Virus record (IMG/VR): IMGVR_UViG_3300035502_000313
Location: 96,001 to 160,000 of that record
DNA: 64,000 bases
Direction: 5' to 3' (one strand)
Source: a virus
Lineage: Duplodnaviria > Caudoviricetes
Of this stretch, positions 59,690 to 64,000 are shown piece by piece. Both the position numbers and the translations under genes were made by a program. Under the pieces are notes generated by a model. It was not told the DNA's origin. It searched no databases and saw only the letters and a program-made list of their open reading frames with translations. The first letter of the stretch is position 1. The number at the start of each line of letters is the position of its first letter.

Positions 59690-60847
59690 ATGGCAAACTA
59701 TTCTACACCTACGACAGTAGCAACCTCTGGTGCATTTAAGGGATTAAAAACACCTAGAGATTTGCTCAATTATAATCTTATGAGAGGTGTTACTGACTTT
59801 AGTAATCTCGAACAATGGGATTTATATGAAAAGGGTTATCCATTTCTTTGTGTAATTTCTATTCCTGATTTCTTAAGAGACTTAGCTTCTAAAGATACTA
59901 AGATTAAAAATATCGTAAATAACTACGTTCATATTCTAGAAAATGATTTCCGTGGTATTGATAACATTGAAAATATCACAGGTGATTCAGGTGGTGAAAT
60001 CACAAATGGTATTAGAAGTATCCAGCTTATCAATAAGGTAACTAAGGCTTCTAACTCTAACTTCACTATAAACTACTATGAACGTTCTGGTTCTATCCTT
60101 ACTAAGGCTCATGAACTTTATCTTACAGGTATTAAGGATCCAGATACTCAGGTTAAGCATTATCATGGTCTTATCGATGACTGGATTTATTATGGTCTTG
60201 ATACTGATTCTGGTAAGGATCCTGGTCCACATCGTGAATGCTTTACTTTCTTATACTTTGTAACTGATAATACAATGACTAAGATTGAACGTGCATTCTT
60301 GATTGCAGCTGCTCAGCCTACAACTGCTAACTTCTCTGATCTTTATTCTGGATCAAAGGGTGATATTCAGTTCGTTGAACTTGCATTATCATTTAATGGA
60401 TTCTTCATTAATAATGACTATGTATATCAGAAGGCTGAAGACATGCTTCTAGCTATGCGTAATCCTACTAACTACACAGATACTAGAATTATTGTTGATA
60501 GCAACAACTTCAGATATGATGCTATCTCTAATGCAGGTATTCATTCTAGCGATAGTGACAATTTTGCTACACCTACTTACTTCTCTGAAGATAGTGGTAA
60601 CGCTGCTACTAGTCAGGCTCTTATGTCTGATACTATTACATCAACACCATATGTTGATTATGCACCTGGTAGCAGTAGTAATAAGGGCAGTGCAAGTGGT
60701 GATGTTAGTGAATACAAGAATGTAGTTGCATCCATGGCTGGATCAGAGCATATAGTTAATAAAGTTTCAAAAATAGATGCTGTTGAAACAGGTTTAAAAG
60801 AAACAGCTAAAAGTGCACTAAAAACACTTGGTACAATACTTGGATAA
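59690..60847 (+). CDS. Tail tube protein
   Basis: Directly follows the sheath; F.INYYERSGS...Y..GIKDP, A.PT.A motifs. Confidence 0.6.
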   Translation: MANYSTPTTVATSGAFKGLKTPRDLLNYNLMRGVTDFSNLEQWDLYEKGYPFLCVISIPDFLRDLASKDTKIKNIVNNYVHILENDFRGIDNIENITGDSGGEITNGIRSIQLINKVTKASNSNFTINYYERSGSILTKAHELYLTGIKDPDTQVKHYHGLIDDWIYYGLDTDSGKDPGPHRECFTFLYFVTDNTMTKIERAFLIAAAQPTTANFSDLYSGSKGDIQFVELALSFNGFFINNDYVYQKAEDMLLAMRNPTNYTDTRIIVDSNNFRYDAISNAGIHSSDSDNFATPTYFSEDSGNAATSQALMSDTITSTPYVDYAPGSSSNKGSASGDVSEYKNVVASMAGSEHIVNKVSKIDAVETGLKETAKSALKTLGTILG

Positions 60848-60901
60848 TTTTATTTATAAAAATAAAAATAACCCCGATGGATTTTCTCCATCGGGGATTT
60901 A

Positions 60902-63208
60902 TTATTCTTCTTCATTTTCATTTTGAGATGCAGCAACATGTTGCTTAGCTTTATGAGCAATATCTTCAAGTTCAGTAATATTAAGATATGAACCAAGATT
61001 ATATTTATTAATTTCACGGATTACTTCATTCTTAATCTTTTCATCTTCATCTGGATCAAGAATTAATTGTGCAACACTCTGAGAGTATTCATTAACGTTA
61101 GTCATCATCTGGTTAGTATTTGTAATATTCAAGAACATTGGAGGAGGTAATACTACAGACAATGTTATATTATCATCAAACTCATTATTATATATTTTAT
61201 TTACTATACGAGTAAGATTAGCTTGATATCTACTTTGACGATTATATACTTTTCTTAAGAACTTACTTGATGACATTGTTAACTGTGATGAATAATCTAC
61301 TGAATTACGCATCTGAATCATTTCCATAGGAACATCAGTACTATTTACCGCCATTTCTTCAAGAGTAGTCATAAACTCAGTTTGATATTCTACTTGCTGA
61401 CCTTGCATAACCTCAAAGTCTATAGGAGAACCACCAGGACCTCTAGGAATAATATAATCATTAAACATACCAGTTATATTAAGAATATGATTAATATTCT
61501 CAATCTGTCTAATACCAAAGTTACTTTTCTTAATCTGGTTTATTGTATTAAGAAGAGTCTTTGATATATTTGTATCGACTGTTTGATTTACATAATATAC
61601 ACGTTTATCCTGTGCTCTTGTCATATTCCAAATAGCGTGAGTTATATACATTGCAGAATATATTGTTGCTGGGAACATTGCTTTGTTTAAATCAGAGATA
61701 CCTCTATGAGTATCTTTATTCATATTAAAGTATACATGTTCCATATCATCTGGTGGAATATATGTAACTCTAATCTTATTCATACGAGAACTATTGTTAT
61801 CATAATTATATTTAAGAACTGTATAAATTTCATTTCTTAAATCCTGATTAGAATTTATAAACTTAGCATCAATAAAATTAGAAATTTGATTAGCTATATA
61901 TCTAACAATATTGTTTTGTTTCTGTGACTGATCCATCATACTATTTGTAGAAAGAATAGAGTTAGAGCCTTTAAGAGACATTGTAGGGTCTTGCATCTTA
62001 TCATAATCTCCTACAGGATTATAAGGACCATCAACTTCGATATAGTAATATCCAAAACAATATTCCTCAATATAAATAGGAATAACATGCTTACGTTCAA
62101 GAATTCTTACAATTGTACCTGGGACATTAATATACTTATCATCTTTTGATTTCTTTTTTATTGATTCTTTATCAATAAGACCATCTTGTCCTCTATCGTC
62201 AAATGATTTAAACTCTAGATCATCTTTAATAGTCTTATCAAATCTTCCTTTTACTATATCACGTATATTCTCAGCTGATTCAATAATCGTTTCTTCTGAG
62301 AAATTTGCACCTTCATAATTCAATGACATCTCGTTTAATGAATGCTTGGCTTTTTCAAACTTTAATGTTGTTTCAGCAATAGAGTTTATAACTCCAGTAG
62401 AACATTCAATTTCGATATTATCAAGACCACATTCTGTAAACATTTCTGGTTTAATATTATCTGGGAGTTTATCCATAGTAATTTTACCATCTTCTGTAAT
62501 AATAGAACCTTCTTTAATATTAATATCAGCACGAATATTGTTCTTCTGTTTCAATAATCTTGCTACAGCTTTCTTATAAGGAACTATATATACAAATGCT
62601 TCACCGTACTTAGATGCTGAGTCATAAACTTGCTCAGCTAGTTCTTGAATCTTATATTGTTCTTTGATAAACTTAATATGCTCATTATAAGTTTCTGAAT
62701 CATTATTAATATTTGAAGATGTGATATTAATAAAGTCTTTAGAAAAGTGATCTGCAGATAATACATTATCCTTTCTTGTATCTAGTGCCTCTTGTAATCT
62801 AGGCATATATTTAAGAATAGTATCAATCTTATTATCATAATCAAATACTGTTGTGGTATTGTTAATAAATCCCATTAAACCAGATTCAACTACTTGACTA
62901 TCATTGATGAGTTCTTCTAACTGTTTACCAGCTTCTTTATTTTCTCCACTTACAGAACTTCCTTGCTGTTGCATTCTGGAATAAAGAGTACTCATAGTAC
63001 CCTTACCAGTATTATTCATATTAACAGTCACTATATTATCTATAGATGTATCTAACTTAGATTTGATATTCTCTAAGTCTTGTTTATTAGATGGCTGAGA
63101 ATAATATGTTTTACTATAAAGATTATCCAAATTATCTTGAACAGAATTAGATAACTTAGTAATGATACTGTTAGTACGCTTTTTAGTACTATCATCTTTT
63201 TTAGCCAT
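60902..63208 (-). CDS. Portal protein (T4 gp20-like)
   Basis: SKYGEAFVYI, TRAQDKRVYYV, DYIIP, IDFEVMQG; late promoter 63237-63248. Confidence 0.8.
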   Translation of the reverse strand: MAKKDDSTKKRTNSIITKLSNSVQDNLDNLYSKTYYSQPSNKQDLENIKSKLDTSIDNIVTVNMNNTGKGTMSTLYSRMQQQGSSVSGENKEAGKQLEELINDSQVVESGLMGFINNTTTVFDYDNKIDTILKYMPRLQEALDTRKDNVLSADHFSKDFINITSSNINNDSETYNEHIKFIKEQYKIQELAEQVYDSASKYGEAFVYIVPYKKAVARLLKQKNNIRADINIKEGSIITEDGKITMDKLPDNIKPEMFTECGLDNIEIECSTGVINSIAETTLKFEKAKHSLNEMSLNYEGANFSEETIIESAENIRDIVKGRFDKTIKDDLEFKSFDDRGQDGLIDKESIKKKSKDDKYINVPGTIVRILERKHVIPIYIEEYCFGYYYIEVDGPYNPVGDYDKMQDPTMSLKGSNSILSTNSMMDQSQKQNNIVRYIANQISNFIDAKFINSNQDLRNEIYTVLKYNYDNNSSRMNKIRVTYIPPDDMEHVYFNMNKDTHRGISDLNKAMFPATIYSAMYITHAIWNMTRAQDKRVYYVNQTVDTNISKTLLNTINQIKKSNFGIRQIENINHILNITGMFNDYIIPRGPGGSPIDFEVMQGQQVEYQTEFMTTLEEMAVNSTDVPMEMIQMRNSVDYSSQLTMSSSKFLRKVYNRQSRYQANLTRIVNKIYNNEFDDNITLSVVLPPPMFLNITNTNQMMTNVNEYSQSVAQLILDPDEDEKIKNEVIREINKYNLGSYLNITELEDIAHKAKQHVAASQNENEEE

Positions 63209-63321
63209 TTAAATATACCTCCTTCGATATTGATATTAATAGATTGTTGGATTGGTCGATAATGACGGGATTGTAAAAGCAATAAGAGAACCATGCTCTT
63301 TTACAAGCATGGTTCTTTTTG

Positions 63322-63924
63322 TTATATATTCAGAAATCTCATAAATGTGCTTACATCATGTGCTTTTTTATGTGTTATAAATTTTACAGTAAAATAATCA
63401 CTACCAGTTCTATAATATAACTCTGCATCTAATTCTGTGCTTTTAGTACCAGGCAACATAGTGGGAGCTATATACATTGGTCTATTATCAATAAAGAACT
63501 TTCCTGCTCCATCTGCTGATTTTTTTATTAATACATTATTATAGAAAGTCTCATCTGTATTTAAAGAGTTTACATAAGATACATTATCAGATGTATAAAT
63601 ATCATTTGATATAGCTTTAAGAATACTCATAGCTTTATTATATTGCTGAATTGCATTATAAACTCCTATATTATCAAATGTATCTAATACACCAATATCT
63701 AATTCATATCCAATAGTCTTTTCTTTAATTACATCAACAGAATACATCTTATTGAAATATCTATCACTAATATCTTTACACTTAATCATTTTAATTCCAC
63801 TTGAATTAGGTGAGAATACTATATCTCCAAATACTGGATCTCTAGCTATATATACATAACTATCAGAAGCATTTAATTTAAATTCAGATATATATCCTCC
63901 AAGAATAGCACTTATATTAGTCAT
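63322..63924 (-). CDS. Hypothetical protein
   Basis: GGAGG RBS; terminator near 63287-63320. Confidence 0.65.
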   Translation of the reverse strand: MTNISAILGGYISEFKLNASDSYVYIARDPVFGDIVFSPNSSGIKMIKCKDISDRYFNKMYSVDVIKEKTIGYELDIGVLDTFDNIGVYNAIQQYNKAMSILKAISNDIYTSDNVSYVNSLNTDETFYNNVLIKKSADGAGKFFIDNRPMYIAPTMLPGTKSTELDAELYYRTGSDYFTVKFITHKKAHDVSTFMRFLNI

Positions 63925-64000
63925 TGTTAGTCTCCTCCATCTGCTTCGGTTTGCTATATAAATATCCTTCCTTAAGTGTATTAAAAATCTCTGTAAAGTT
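63917..64000 (-). CDS. 3' end of a gene entering from the right window edge
   Basis: ...NFTEIFNTLKEGYLYSKPKQMEETNND*, overlapping the next start. Confidence 0.5.
   Translation of the reverse strand, partial: NFTEIFNTLKEGYLYSKPKQMEETNND

Larger units (their letters stand above)
1866..63248. promoter_or_regulatory. Late (non-virion RNAP) promoters AAC(A/T)-N6-TA, 20 intergenic copies
   Basis: Plus strand starts: 7641, 19249, 38399, 43638, 44872, 48908, 55509, 56287. Minus strand (leftmost base of each 12-mer): 1866, 9994, 12158, 14252, 19192, 23179, 25988, 32327, 33638, 37348, 48465, 63237. All point toward the downstream gene. Confidence 0.85.

Noticed and set aside
1-64000. Stop-codon reassignment, as in some gut jumbo phages
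   Set aside because: Standard-code ORFs tile the window, and TGA/TAG end genes at coupled junctions
1-64000. CRISPR array, tRNA, rRNA, diversity-generating retroelement, IS element
   Set aside because: No spaced direct repeats, cloverleafs, reverse transcriptase or transposase seen by eye; the Cas4-like nuclease at 7685 has no cas context
1-64000. Phage nucleus genes (chimallin, PhuZ)
   Set aside because: No tubulin signature or recognisable chimallin in this window; the rest of the genome cannot be judged

Overview
AT-rich (roughly 30% GC by eye), densely coding segment of a jumbo myovirus related to Bacillus phage AR9/PBS1 (phiKZ-like, two multisubunit RNA polymerases). The host is probably an anaerobic Firmicute, judging from strong AGGAGG ribosome-binding sites and a class III ribonucleotide reductase with NrdG. 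Recognisable genes include large terminase, portal, tail sheath and tube, gp25- and gp26-like baseplate proteins, neck proteins, tail fibre, a GroEL-like chaperonin, primase, an RNAP beta' N-terminal subunit, an AR9 gp226-like sigma-like subunit, a protein kinase, a MYG1 nuclease and a Tad2-like anti-defence protein. nrdD is split by two group I introns carrying LAGLIDADG and HNH homing endonucleases; both sets of splice junctions can be resolved to the base. Two phage promoter classes are visible: 20 intergenic AAC(A/T)-N6-TA late-type sites and 11 TATAT(T/A/C)AT early-type sites. Main hypotheses: (i) a uracil-substituted genome read by a U-specific non-virion RNAP; (ii) an early RNA with two tandem H-type pseudoknots resembling type III antitoxin RNAs; (iii) an unannotated -1 frameshift extending the gp26-like tail chaperone; (iv) an early operon combining a kinase, two DUF488-like paralogs and a minimal polymerase-palm protein; (v) a GGA-rich structured early RNA with no real ORF. 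Family assignments come from motif recognition and recalled sequences, not database searches.
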